Below, one piece after another: positions 30,463-40,424 of a DNA stretch of 64,000 nucleotides. The notes beneath the pieces were generated by a model. The model did not search any database. It was not told the origin of the DNA and saw nothing but the letters and a program-made list of their open reading frames with translations. Source of the stretch: Opitutales bacterium (lineage in GTDB: Bacteria > Verrucomicrobiota > Verrucomicrobiia > Opitutales > PNEW01); contig CBDANS010000006.1 in the NCBI GenBank assembly GCA_965197745.1, forward strand, positions 832,001-896,000, given 5' to 3'. The stretch's first letter is position 1, and each line of letters opens with the position of its first letter. The translations under genes and the position numbers were made by a program.

Positions 30463-31716
30463 ATGGATTCAACAACGAGTGTAAAAGCACCCTCAGAAGG
30501 TGTCACTCAATTTTCAGAACTGGGTTTATGTAAAGCTGCTCTGCGCGGAGTGGAGCTTCAGGGCTATACAGAACCGACACCGGTGCAAATCCAGGCTATA
30601 CCCATAATTCTGAAAGGAAAAGACTTAATCGCCGGCTCTCAAACGGGCACAGGGAAAACAGCTGCTTTCGCTTTACCTATCCTATCACGATTAAAAAAAC
30701 ATGGCCCGTGTCGATGTCTTGTCCTCGAGCCAACACGCGAACTGGCGGCCCAGGTTAAAGATGCATTTATTACTTATGGGAACGGGTTTAATTTACGTGT
30801 AACGCTTCTGCACGGAGGTGTAGGGTACGGTCGTCAGCTTGATGATTTTAAGCGTGGCATTGATATCATAGTGGCAACACCGGGAAGGTTGTTAGACCAC
30901 TTGAGCCAAAAAACGCTCCATTTAAAAACCATTGAGATCCTTGTCCTTGATGAAGTTGACCGGATGCTTGATATGGGATTTTTACCGGACGTCCGACGCA
31001 TTATCCGCCAATGTCCTCAAAAGCGTCAAAGCCTGCTATTTTCTGCCACGATACCAACTGAGATTGAACGATTAGCAAACTGGGTCCTCCATAATCCTGA
31101 GTGCGTTGATATTGGAGGTGGCAATTCCACGGCCGAAACGGTCAAACATACCATTTATCCTGTGGACGACCGCCAGAAATTCGATCTCTTACTTGCTCTT
31201 TTAGAAAAAGTTGAATTTCACAGCGCTATTATTTTCTGCCGCACCAAGGCAGGTGCCGATATAATAGCTCGGTGGCTGGAAGCTGCTAATCACTCGGTGG
31301 TCACACTACACGCTGACCGAACACAAAAAGAACGTGATAAAGCTTTGAAAGGTTTCAAATCGGGAAATTACGAAGTGTTGGTGGCAACGGATATAGTTGC
31401 ACGCGGAGTTGATATCACCACTGTCAGCCATGTAATCAACTATGACATTCCCCAAAATCCTGAGGATTACGTTCACCGCATCGGACGCACTGGCAGAGCT
31501 AAAAATGAAGGGGATGGCATGACTCTATATTGCCCGGGTGAGCAGAATTATCTTAAAGCTATCGAGCGATTTATCGGGCAGGAAATTCCTAAAGTGAAAC
31601 TCGATGGCTTTAATTATAATTATATACCCTTTCTCGATGAGAATAAAACTTTACCGAAAAGACGAAATCGCGGGTTTCAATCGAAAATAAATTTCTCGAG
31701 TGGCCGACGTCGCTAA
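30463..31716 (+). CDS. DEAD-box RNA helicase (RhlE-like)
   Basis: Q-motif, TGTGKT, PTRELA, TPGRL, DEVD, SAT and HRIGRTGR motifs. Confidence 0.95.
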   Translation: MDSTTSVKAPSEGVTQFSELGLCKAALRGVELQGYTEPTPVQIQAIPIILKGKDLIAGSQTGTGKTAAFALPILSRLKKHGPCRCLVLEPTRELAAQVKDAFITYGNGFNLRVTLLHGGVGYGRQLDDFKRGIDIIVATPGRLLDHLSQKTLHLKTIEILVLDEVDRMLDMGFLPDVRRIIRQCPQKRQSLLFSATIPTEIERLANWVLHNPECVDIGGGNSTAETVKHTIYPVDDRQKFDLLLALLEKVEFHSAIIFCRTKAGADIIARWLEAANHSVVTLHADRTQKERDKALKGFKSGNYEVLVATDIVARGVDITTVSHVINYDIPQNPEDYVHRIGRTGRAKNEGDGMTLYCPGEQNYLKAIERFIGQEIPKVKLDGFNYNYIPFLDENKTLPKRRNRGFQSKINFSSGRRR

Positions 31717-31748
31717 CGATCAGGCAGGTACTGCTTAAGAGCAGAATT

Positions 31749-32048
31749 TCAGCTCTCCTCAAATTTACGGTTAAAAAGCTCCTCGATATCGTCGAGCAAC
31801 TCCACCGCCTGGTCGCCGGTTGCCGCAAATCGCAGTATTGTATTTTGACCGGCTGCTAACATCATTATTCCCATTATGCTTTTACCATTTACCTGCTCTT
31901 CGTCCTTTTCAACCGCGACGTCAGCATTATATTTATTAGCGATGCGGACAATCATCGCAGCCGGACGGGCATGAATGCCTAATTCATTCTGAACGGTCAG
32001 AATACGTTCGTGAACTTGGGAAGCAGATTGAGGTTCTTCTTTATCCAT
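31749..32048 (-). CDS. ptsH: HPr phosphocarrier protein
   Basis: GIHARPA (His15 equivalent) and GKSIMGIM (regulatory Ser46 equivalent). Confidence 0.93.
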   Translation of the reverse strand: MDKEEPQSASQVHERILTVQNELGIHARPAAMIVRIANKYNADVAVEKDEEQVNGKSIMGIMMLAAGQNTILRFAATGDQAVELLDDIEELFNRKFEES

Positions 32049-32118
32049 TCAAACTGTTAAAAAGTTCGCGTCGAATTTCCATGGATGAAACACTGAAAAT
32101 CAATTTTATTATTATAGT

Positions 32119-33858
32119 TCAAACCGTTTCAGGAATTAAATCCTGTTGGGCACGCCAAAGTTGAGCGTAGCGGCCATTGTGTTCCAATAGTGAAGCATGA
32201 TTACCTTTCTCAATTATATTACCATGGTCCAGAACGACAATATGATCCGCCCGCTTTACAGTAGACAGACGATGGGCGATAATAAGAACGGTGCGGTCTT
32301 TCATAAGTATATCCAGTGCTTCCTGAATCGCCTTCTCGGTAATGCTGTCGACACTTGAAGTGGCTTCATCAAGGATAATCAGAGGCGGGTTTTTCAAAAG
32401 CACGCGAGCAATTGTCAGCCGCTGCTTCTCACCCATGCTCAGGCGGATTCCACGTTCCCCGATATTTGTTTTTATGCCATAAGGCAAGCGGGAGACAAAT
32501 TCCCAGGAACGGGCTCCTTTCAGGGCAGTGATAATATCATCCTCGGACGCGTTCTCCCTCGCCAGGCTTAGATTGTCCTCGACCGTGCCATCAAAAAGGA
32601 ATGGATCTTGTGCGACAAATCCAATATTACTGCGCAGATCGCCGATCTCTATCTCATTCACATTAATCCCGTTAATAGTCAGCGAGCCATCGGTTATGTC
32701 GTAATAGCGCAAAAGAAGATTAGCGACGGTACTTTTACCCGCACCGGTATGACCCACCAATGCGGTCACTTTTCCCGAGGATAAAACAAGATCCAGATTT
32801 TCGATAATTTCTTCACGTTCGGGATAGGAAAAGTAAGCGCCCTGATAAACCACTTCAATTAATCCAGTGGGAAATGGTTTGGGATGTTCAACGTTGTGAA
32901 CAATTAATGGTTGATCAAGTATATCAAAAACACGTTCACCGGAAACCTTGGCCTCACTGAGCAAATGATTGAGATTATTCAGGCGATTGATCGGTTCGTA
33001 TAGCATGGAACAATAAGCAAAAAATGCCACAAACTGCCCAAAGCTAAAATCCGCATCATGAATTAGTTTATAGCCCCCCATTCCGACCACGGCCACCGTC
33101 CCCAAACTGGCTATGTAACTGGACACGGGGCTGTAAATAGACCAACGGAACATAGCGCGGAGATTATTCATACGCAGGTCTTGTGCTTGCTTAATAAATC
33201 GCCCATGCTCCCGCCCCTTTAAGGCAAAAGAATGAATGAGACGATTTCCTTGAATATCTTCAATGAGAAGACTGTTCAGTTCACTTGCTGATTCACGGAC
33301 TTTTTTCCAGTTGCGGCGTGTGGCACGAGAATGCTGCCAGGCAAGTATAAGTAATATGGGCACGGGTGCCAGGACGAGTACCGCCAATTTTGGCTCCATC
33401 CAAAAGAGCATTGTCGTGATTCCGGCAATAGTGAGAATAGCAACGCTGCCTTGTTCGGTTCCATCGAGAAGCCCGCGCTCGAGATTTTGCACATCTTCGA
33501 TCACGCGGGAAGCAACTTCACCACTTTTTCGACGATCATAAAAAGAAACGGGCAAATCTAATAATTTGGCGTGGAGATCACGGCGAAGATCGAGTAAAAC
33601 TTTCTGTTCTACCGTATTATTTACACGGATACGCAGACTGTTTAGAAATTCACGGCTGAAATAGCATGTAGCTACGAGCAATATGCCCCACCATAAGTAT
33701 TCAAAACGCCCAGCAGTGATGATATCGTCAAAGACCCATTGAATAATACGCGGCACCGCCAGGAGAAATAGCATGCTCCCCACAGCGAGAAAGAGGGTCA
33801 ACCCAAAGAGGTATTTATAACGGAAAAGATATGCTGAAACACGCCAGATAAAATGCAT
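32119..33858 (-). CDS. ABC exporter, fused permease/ATPase (MsbA/MdlB-like)
   Basis: About six N-terminal TM segments, Walker A GHTGAGKST, signature LSMGEKQR, ILDEATS and IAHRLST. Confidence 0.93.
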   Translation of the reverse strand: MHFIWRVSAYLFRYKYLFGLTLFLAVGSMLFLLAVPRIIQWVFDDIITAGRFEYLWWGILLVATCYFSREFLNSLRIRVNNTVEQKVLLDLRRDLHAKLLDLPVSFYDRRKSGEVASRVIEDVQNLERGLLDGTEQGSVAILTIAGITTMLFWMEPKLAVLVLAPVPILLILAWQHSRATRRNWKKVRESASELNSLLIEDIQGNRLIHSFALKGREHGRFIKQAQDLRMNNLRAMFRWSIYSPVSSYIASLGTVAVVGMGGYKLIHDADFSFGQFVAFFAYCSMLYEPINRLNNLNHLLSEAKVSGERVFDILDQPLIVHNVEHPKPFPTGLIEVVYQGAYFSYPEREEIIENLDLVLSSGKVTALVGHTGAGKSTVANLLLRYYDITDGSLTINGINVNEIEIGDLRSNIGFVAQDPFLFDGTVEDNLSLARENASEDDIITALKGARSWEFVSRLPYGIKTNIGERGIRLSMGEKQRLTIARVLLKNPPLIILDEATSSVDSITEKAIQEALDILMKDRTVLIIAHRLSTVKRADHIVVLDHGNIIEKGNHASLLEHNGRYAQLWRAQQDLIPETV

Positions 33859-33935
33859 TGCTAAAATAACTTGTTTATGGAGATAGATTTTGGCTTGGCA
33901 TCCCTAACAAGTGCAACACATTATTTTAACCCACT

Positions 33936-34376
33936 ATGGCAAAACCTGACACTGGTGAAGTCCTCTATGATCTTCCCTCTCCCTATGTTCCCCACACTTG
34001 CGGACTATTGCACCTCCCTCGTTTTATCGCAAAAATACGTAAACATCTGAAGGGCGAACTCCCCCCCTCCTATCAGAGAAATTTTACCCGTGGATTCGAC
34101 GGTTTCCTCTGCCTTCATCTTGAAGTCGATCCCCAGGAAATTATCGAGGCGGTGCGAACCAGTCATGATGATTCAGAACTTGATGCTAAACTCAAAGATT
34201 TATTTTCCGAAGATCTTCGCGTCGAAGTATGGAACAGGGAATTAGTGCATAAAGGCACCCGTGGTATGGGAAGGGAAAAGCTTGAGGAAATTAAAACCGA
34301 AATGGGAATCGCGGACCGCTCAGACCTGCAATCATTTGCTGATATGATCGAATATGATGAAGATCGTATAGACTGA
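33936..34376 (+). CDS. DUF5069 family protein
   Basis: LPSPY...GLLHLPRFIAKIR...GELP..Y...GFDG...C-terminal DMIEYDE pattern. Confidence 0.75.
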   Translation: MAKPDTGEVLYDLPSPYVPHTCGLLHLPRFIAKIRKHLKGELPPSYQRNFTRGFDGFLCLHLEVDPQEIIEAVRTSHDDSELDAKLKDLFSEDLRVEVWNRELVHKGTRGMGREKLEEIKTEMGIADRSDLQSFADMIEYDEDRID

Positions 34377-34479
34377 CACTCGGCAATTTATTCAGTTATT
34401 TGCTGCCGACAAAAACGATAATTCTTAAGCGTATACATTAACCCGTTCTACCCCCAATATAGGGGATAATGATAAGCCT

Positions 34480-35682
34480 ATGAGGAAACCGACGATCGCT
34501 GTATTAACTCTTGCCGTAGCTGCATTTTTTTTGCTCTTTGGTTATGAATGCGCGCGTAGCGCTTCGGTCTCACTTTTTCTTGAAACTTACGGAGCCCATC
34601 GATTGCCGGTGGTCCTGGCACTGGGACCAGTGGGAACCATAATTCTACTCTTTGGTTATGGCAGGTTGCTCTCGCTCGCCGGGACTGAACGCACTCTTTT
34701 TTTTACCACACTCTTGTCAGGCTTGGGTATTTTAGTCTGTTACCTGGCAATAAGCCAGGGGAGTAAAGTGGCAGTGGGCGGTGTCTATGTGCTTCGCGAA
34801 GCCTATATCGTCATCCTCATCGAACAGTATTGGTCATTTATTGACAGCACGCTCAAGTCTGACCAGGCGAAAAATATCAATGGACCAATTTGTGGAATAG
34901 CTTCACTTGGAGCCATTAGCGGCGGCTTATCAGTTGGTCAGTTAAGCGGGTGGTTAGGCACCGATTACCTTCTTCTTCTCGCCGCATTCTCTTTGATTCC
35001 GGCCGCTTTTTTTTCCGCTCTTGCATTCCGGTTAGGGGGAGAACCAACCCCGCCTTCAAAAGATCAGCATGATAAACGTGGGGCTCTCGACTTAAATCTC
35101 TTTCGAAGAAATCGGACCGTTCTGCACATTGCTTATCTTATTATCCTGACGCAAGTAATCGCCACCGTCCTCGAATTGCGATTTAGCAGATCCCTCGAGG
35201 TGGCAATACCGATGATGGATGAAAGAACAGCATACCTGGGAAATTTCTACGCGCTGCTCAATACTACTGCCTTCATATTTCAATTTATAATAACTCCCAT
35301 AATGCTCCGGTCCTTATCATTGCGCCAAGTTCATATGGTTATCCCACTCGTACACATAACTGCTTGCGCCATACTCATAATACACCCTACCCTGTTAGCG
35401 GGAGCCGGAGCTTATCTCCTCTTCAAAGCATTAGATTATTCAGTATTTCGTGCGGGAAAAGAATTACTCTATATCCCGCTATCATTCAACGCTCGTTACC
35501 GGGCTAAAGAAGTGATAGACGCCTTTATTTACCGTGCCTCGAAAGGTTTAACTTCCGGATTCATCGCATCCGCGGCGATACTGTTTGGTCGATTGCCAGG
35601 TGTGATTTATCCATCTATAGCCGTTCTCTCATCCGTGGTCTGGTTATATCTAATAAACCAACTTACGCGTAATCATAAATAG
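34480..35682 (+). CDS. NTT/TLC (Npt1/Npt2-like) nucleotide transporter family MFS protein
   Basis: About 12 TM segments, EQYWSF, and KALDYSVFRAGKELLYIPL...RAKEVID..IYR.SKG, matching the C-terminal signature of the TLC/NTT family. Confidence 0.75.
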   Translation: MRKPTIAVLTLAVAAFFLLFGYECARSASVSLFLETYGAHRLPVVLALGPVGTIILLFGYGRLLSLAGTERTLFFTTLLSGLGILVCYLAISQGSKVAVGGVYVLREAYIVILIEQYWSFIDSTLKSDQAKNINGPICGIASLGAISGGLSVGQLSGWLGTDYLLLLAAFSLIPAAFFSALAFRLGGEPTPPSKDQHDKRGALDLNLFRRNRTVLHIAYLIILTQVIATVLELRFSRSLEVAIPMMDERTAYLGNFYALLNTTAFIFQFIITPIMLRSLSLRQVHMVIPLVHITACAILIIHPTLLAGAGAYLLFKALDYSVFRAGKELLYIPLSFNARYRAKEVIDAFIYRASKGLTSGFIASAAILFGRLPGVIYPSIAVLSSVVWLYLINQLTRNHK

Positions 35683-35828
35683 ACCCAGCGTTACTGTTGG
35701 CTATGCAGAAGATAAACCGTAATCACTCTGGACCATGGGTGGATTAGCACTATTCATCATCAACGCCAATTCCACCGTATTTAATTATCAACGTAAAAAC
35801 ATTCTTCAAACCAGGATTATTCAATCAA

Positions 35829-36821
35829 CTAATAAGATTGGGATAATACATCATCTTCCATAATTTCCCCGGATTCGAGTACTTCGAGATTTACGAGCTG
35901 ATTAATTTGCTCACGCACCCTATCGCTGCTTAGAATTCCATAGCTTTCACCCCACAGATCATGACCTATAGCCAGCTTATCGCGAATTATAATATCCCGT
36001 GAAAATTCGAGGAATTCATTTTCTACCTCTCTTGAGATTTCTCGATTTGCCTCAATCATCGCTTTATGCGCCGGTGTGAAATCACCCTCCAGATATTCCT
36101 GCCAACCCTTGGTGAACGCACGCATAAACCGATTTACCGCTCCCTCGTGGGTCTTTAAAAATTCGGTGTTAGCTGCGAGGACAATAGAATTCATATACCC
36201 GCTATCCCAGAGGTTAAGTGATTTAGGTTTCACCCCTTCTTTTTCAATAAAATAAAACTCGGCAATATAAAATCCCTCCTGAATAAATTCTTTGTCAGAA
36301 ATAAATTGACCGAGACCAAAGTTTTGAGGAATGACATTAAAATCGATACCATATTTCTTTTTCACATACGGGATATAAAGCGCTTCAGTTCTCGCCATTA
36401 TCGTTTTACCATTCAGTTCTTCAAAGCTGTTTATTGGATTATCGGCATGGAGCATGAGACCAGAAGGAGAATTATGAAAAACCGCACCAATAATTTTCAC
36501 GGGTAAATCTTCGGTCGCGGCGAGAATTATTTTTGTGCTGTCTGATTGTCCTATCTGCGCGCGCCCTGAAGCCAGCATTTGCGTGACAAGGACGTTGTTC
36601 CCACCACTGACTAAAGTGACATCCAGGCCCTCATCCTTAAAATAATCATTTGCTAAGGCCTGATAGAGCCCCCCGTGCTCGGGTTCGGGAAACCAGTCAA
36701 GTTGAACCGTAATCGGCAATAACCCATTCTTCTCGGTGACAGATTGAGAATTATTATTGCTACAAGCTGATGCCAATAAAAACACCGAAAAGATAAGAGG
36801 AGAAAATAGACTGCGTTTCAT
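35829..36821 (-). CDS. ABC transporter substrate-binding lipoprotein, NMT1/THI5-like
   Basis: Lipobox LASAC and the QLDWFPEPEHGGLYQA...YFKDEGLDV motif. Confidence 0.85.
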   Translation of the reverse strand: MKRSLFSPLIFSVFLLASACSNNNSQSVTEKNGLLPITVQLDWFPEPEHGGLYQALANDYFKDEGLDVTLVSGGNNVLVTQMLASGRAQIGQSDSTKIILAATEDLPVKIIGAVFHNSPSGLMLHADNPINSFEELNGKTIMARTEALYIPYVKKKYGIDFNVIPQNFGLGQFISDKEFIQEGFYIAEFYFIEKEGVKPKSLNLWDSGYMNSIVLAANTEFLKTHEGAVNRFMRAFTKGWQEYLEGDFTPAHKAMIEANREISREVENEFLEFSRDIIIRDKLAIGHDLWGESYGILSSDRVREQINQLVNLEVLESGEIMEDDVLSQSY

Positions 36822-36948
36822 ATATATTAACTCAAACTTCCCCTTGTATCACTGTGAATATAGAAGAAAAGGATATATGCTTGTTAATGTGTAAATTGTT
36901 GAATAAGCATCATGGACTAGCTCAAGATGCTAGTGGAGCAGCTGCGTC

Positions 36949-37320
36949 ATGAATACTCCTGATTTCGATAAAATTATTATTCGCGAACTTTCTGTCCATG
37001 CAAAAATCGGATACTCATCCGATGAGCGCGCCTTTCCCCAGCGCTTATTGCTAGATATTGAACTTGGCATAGGCCCCTGGCAACCCGGCTCGCAGGAGGG
37101 GGATCTTGGCACAACCATATGTTATTCTACGGTGAAAGATTTAGTGGAAAAACATATTCAAAGTAAGAAGTGGATTTTATTGGAAGAACTGACAAACGAT
37201 ATTTGCTCATTGATTTTTGAAAAATACGCGTTGGCCAGGCAAATAAAAATAGTGGCAAGAAAGTTTGTTGTTTCCGATACAAAATGGGTGGGAATAGAAA
37301 TAATACGTAACCGTCCTTAA
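36949..37320 (+). CDS. folB: Dihydroneopterin aldolase
   Basis: DKIIIREL...IG..DER..PQRL, TICYS and LLEEL motifs, 123 aa. Confidence 0.85.
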   Translation: MNTPDFDKIIIRELSVHAKIGYSSDERAFPQRLLLDIELGIGPWQPGSQEGDLGTTICYSTVKDLVEKHIQSKKWILLEELTNDICSLIFEKYALARQIKIVARKFVVSDTKWVGIEIIRNRP

Positions 37321-37346
37321 GAAATCCCAGTAACAGCCCGCAGTCT

Positions 37347-38639
37347 ATGCATGCTAGAGAATTCAATTTCTCCTTCTGGAAAGATAGCATCGCTCGCGAT
37401 CCCGATAAAGCAGCGCGCTGTTTTTTCGATCGCATAAAATCACTTCCTGAAGACGAACTTACTGCCTCCATTAGTTCCTTCATAGATGAAAGTAGATTAA
37501 TTGAAAGTTTTGCGAATGCCGCTGACAACCTTCATCGCCCTCTGGGGGGCGTCCCCTTTTTCCTGAAAGACCTCTTCGACGTCGCCGGTTACCCGACACA
37601 CTGTGGATCGAAAGTTCTTCCCGATATTGGAGAAAAACCTGAAAAGTCTTGTCCTCTTTTTAAAGACATTACTGAAGAAGGTGCGATATATTGCGGTAAA
37701 ACCCAGATGAATGAATTTGCTTATGGTCTCGATGGGCTTAACCCGCACTATGGGGACTGCCCGCATCCACACTTTTCGGACCGGTTAAGTGGGGGATCAA
37801 GCAGCGGATCAGCCTGGGCTGTGGGAAAGGGTATTACACCGTTGGCCTTTGGGACCGATACCGGTGGGTCGATACGCGTTCCTGCTTCATTCTGCGGAAT
37901 TTACGGACTGCGTTTACAACCCAAGCACAAATGGGTTGACGAAGGCTGTTTTCCTCTGGCTCCTACTTATGATTCAGCCGGTTGGTTCACAGCGAGCGCT
38001 GAAGATATGAAAGTCTGTATCGAAACCCTGCTATCACCTGAGCACGACAATAAAAAATTGCGCGGCCTATACTTCGACGACGCAGGAATAACCATTGATA
38101 GTGAAGTGCAGAAAAAATATCGCCAGATGGCAGATCAACTTCAGCTGGAACGAAATGATTCAGTAGAAAATAGATTAACCGCTATTTTCAACAATTCAGA
38201 AAAATATTATGCCGTTCTGCAAAGTTGCGAAGCCTATACTATTCATAGTAAATGGTTAGACAACCAACACGAGCATTACGATCCAGCAGTCTGGCAGCGA
38301 ATTAACCGCGGCCGTTACTGGAAATCAGCGGTTATTGAAGAAGCAGAGAAGCAACAGGAACATATTCGTAACACCCTGTCTGCGATACTCAAAGAATATG
38401 ATTATCTTGTCATACCATCCGTCCCTTGTCACGCGGTAAGAAAGATTGATTTGAGCCAGGGATTTCGAGAAGGATTATTGAGACTGAACACCCCCGCCAG
38501 CATGGCCGGTTACCCGGTGTTAACTATTCCTGTATATTTACCCGACGGGTTAAGTGGTGGTTTGCAGGTAATTTATGCTGACGCTGACAGCCAAATACCA
38601 ATTAACATCCTCGACAAACTAATCAATTCGAGCGACTGA
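37347..38639 (+). CDS. Amidase signature family enzyme (AtzE/allophanate-hydrolase-like)
   Basis: KDLFDV, GKTQMNEFAYG, GGSSSGSA and GTDTGGSIRVPASFCG (Ser-cisSer-Lys triad). Confidence 0.88.
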   Translation: MHAREFNFSFWKDSIARDPDKAARCFFDRIKSLPEDELTASISSFIDESRLIESFANAADNLHRPLGGVPFFLKDLFDVAGYPTHCGSKVLPDIGEKPEKSCPLFKDITEEGAIYCGKTQMNEFAYGLDGLNPHYGDCPHPHFSDRLSGGSSSGSAWAVGKGITPLAFGTDTGGSIRVPASFCGIYGLRLQPKHKWVDEGCFPLAPTYDSAGWFTASAEDMKVCIETLLSPEHDNKKLRGLYFDDAGITIDSEVQKKYRQMADQLQLERNDSVENRLTAIFNNSEKYYAVLQSCEAYTIHSKWLDNQHEHYDPAVWQRINRGRYWKSAVIEEAEKQQEHIRNTLSAILKEYDYLVIPSVPCHAVRKIDLSQGFREGLLRLNTPASMAGYPVLTIPVYLPDGLSGGLQVIYADADSQIPINILDKLINSSD

Positions 38640-38696
38640 CAACCAAAACATTTGCGTATAAAATACCTGTTTATAATTCATCGATAAATTAAACAC

Positions 38697-38731
38697 GAAA
38701 AAGCCGCCGGGCTCTACCCGGCGGCTTTTTC
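38697..38731. terminator. Bidirectional intrinsic terminator
   Basis: gaaaaagccgccggg-ctcta-cccggcggctttttc is a perfect 15-bp stem that includes the A/T tails. It lies downstream of the amidase. Confidence 0.85.
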
Positions 38732-39294
38732 TTACCAAACTACAAATTAAAACTGTGAAATTATCTTCCTTTGCTCAAAAAAAGTATATGATTAGTTAGT
38801 TGGACGTAATTTCATATGAAACGTTCAATAAAACATAAATTATTTAAAAAAATATAAAATAGGATGATTATTCAGTGTCTGGCATATTTATATTAAAAAT
38901 ATGTTAAAAATAAATGGAAATGATAATACACCTGCTAAATTCTCTATAGGACTTATTGCAGAAGTAATTTCAGCGTGTCTATTAAGGAAATAATATTTCC
39001 TATTTATATAATCATAATAGCTGTAAAGGTAACTTCTCTTACAAGGCACTCAGGAATTTTGGGTCATCAGATGATGACCTTGATACTGGATAAAATGAAC
39101 ATTCCAAAATTCTCCATTCAATCGCTAAGCGAGGGAAACAACCTTGCAACAATGTCGCTTTTACTATTAAATGCGATTTTTAAAATATTATAGTAGATTG
39201 TTACGAGGACATTAGAATAAATCTATAATATCACACATACTAAGCAGAATGGACCTTTGAGAAGGAGCTCATCAGCTTATACTTTAACGCTATT

Positions 39295-40404
39295 ATGATT
39301 CCATTTTTAGATTTAAAAGCGCAGTACCAAAGTATCAAAGAAGAGGTTGATGAAGCCGTATTAAAAGTACTGGAAAGCTGCCAGTTCGCACTGGGAGAGG
39401 AAGTAACTTCGTTTGAAAATGAAATGGCCCGTAATTGCAATGTCACTCATGGGATCGCCGTTAACTCCGGGACCAGTGCTTTGCATCTTGCTTTAATCGC
39501 TGCAGGTATTGGTCCAGTGGATGAGGTCATTACCGTACCTTTTACTTTTGTTGCCACCGTTGCCGCTATTGACTACACCGGTGCCACCCCCGTTTTCGTG
39601 GATATTGAACCACAGACCTATACCATGGATGTGGGTCAGATTGAAGGTGCAATTACTAAGAAAACTAAAGCAATTGTCCCCGTTCATCTCTATGGTCAGG
39701 CCGTTGACATGGATCCCATAATGGAGATTGCAAAGCGCCACGGTCTAATCGTTATTGAAGATGCCTGTCAGGCCTATGGTGCGGAATATAAAGGTGTACG
39801 CGTCGGGGGAATTGGTGACCTCGCCTGTTTCAGTTTCTACCCTGGAAAAAACCTGGGTGCCTACGGGGAAGGGGGTATCACCCTGACCAATAATGAGGAA
39901 TATGCTCGGATCATTCGTATGATGCGCAGTTGGGGTGAGGAGAAAAGGTATATTCATAAACTGAAAGGATTTAATTATAGAATGGATGGGATTCAGGGCG
40001 CGGTGTTAAGAGTAAAACTACGCCATATAGAAGGGTGGACAGAAGCCCGTCGCAATCACGCTAAAAAATATGATGCCCTCCTGAGTGAAACTGATTTTAT
40101 CACCCCATATGAGTCCCCGCACAATCGCCACGTTTATCATATTTACGCGCTTCGCGTCCCGCACAGGGATTCTCTTCGCGAAGCACTTGAGGCAGAGAAT
40201 ATTCAAACCGGAATCCATTATTCTATACCCGTTCACCTTCAGCCTGCTTATCTCGATCTTGGCTATAAGCCAGGTGATTTTCCTTGCTCAGAAGCAGCAG
40301 CAAAAGAACAACTTTCACTTCCTCTATATCCTGAAATGGCGACATCGGCTCCCCAGACCGTATTCGATGCGATAGTAAAGTCTGTGCCTCAGGTTACTCA
40401 TTGA
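39295..40404 (+). CDS. DegT/DnrJ/EryC1/StrS PLP-dependent NDP-sugar aminotransferase
   Basis: SGTSALH, PVHLYGQ, FSFYPGKNLGAYGEGG (PLP Lys) and GFNYRMD motifs. Confidence 0.93.
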   Translation: MIPFLDLKAQYQSIKEEVDEAVLKVLESCQFALGEEVTSFENEMARNCNVTHGIAVNSGTSALHLALIAAGIGPVDEVITVPFTFVATVAAIDYTGATPVFVDIEPQTYTMDVGQIEGAITKKTKAIVPVHLYGQAVDMDPIMEIAKRHGLIVIEDACQAYGAEYKGVRVGGIGDLACFSFYPGKNLGAYGEGGITLTNNEEYARIIRMMRSWGEEKRYIHKLKGFNYRMDGIQGAVLRVKLRHIEGWTEARRNHAKKYDALLSETDFITPYESPHNRHVYHIYALRVPHRDSLREALEAENIQTGIHYSIPVHLQPAYLDLGYKPGDFPCSEAAAKEQLSLPLYPEMATSAPQTVFDAIVKSVPQVTH

Positions 40405-40424
40405 GGGACAACTTATAGATATTG

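Noticed and set aside
36822..36948. TPP riboswitch ahead of the NMT1/THI5-like gene
   Set aside because: There is no CTGAGA core or matching structure on the relevant strand.
38975..39193. 72-aa ORF upstream of the glycosylation operon
   Set aside because: It has a GTG start, AT-rich low-information sequence and no motif, so it is likely spurious.
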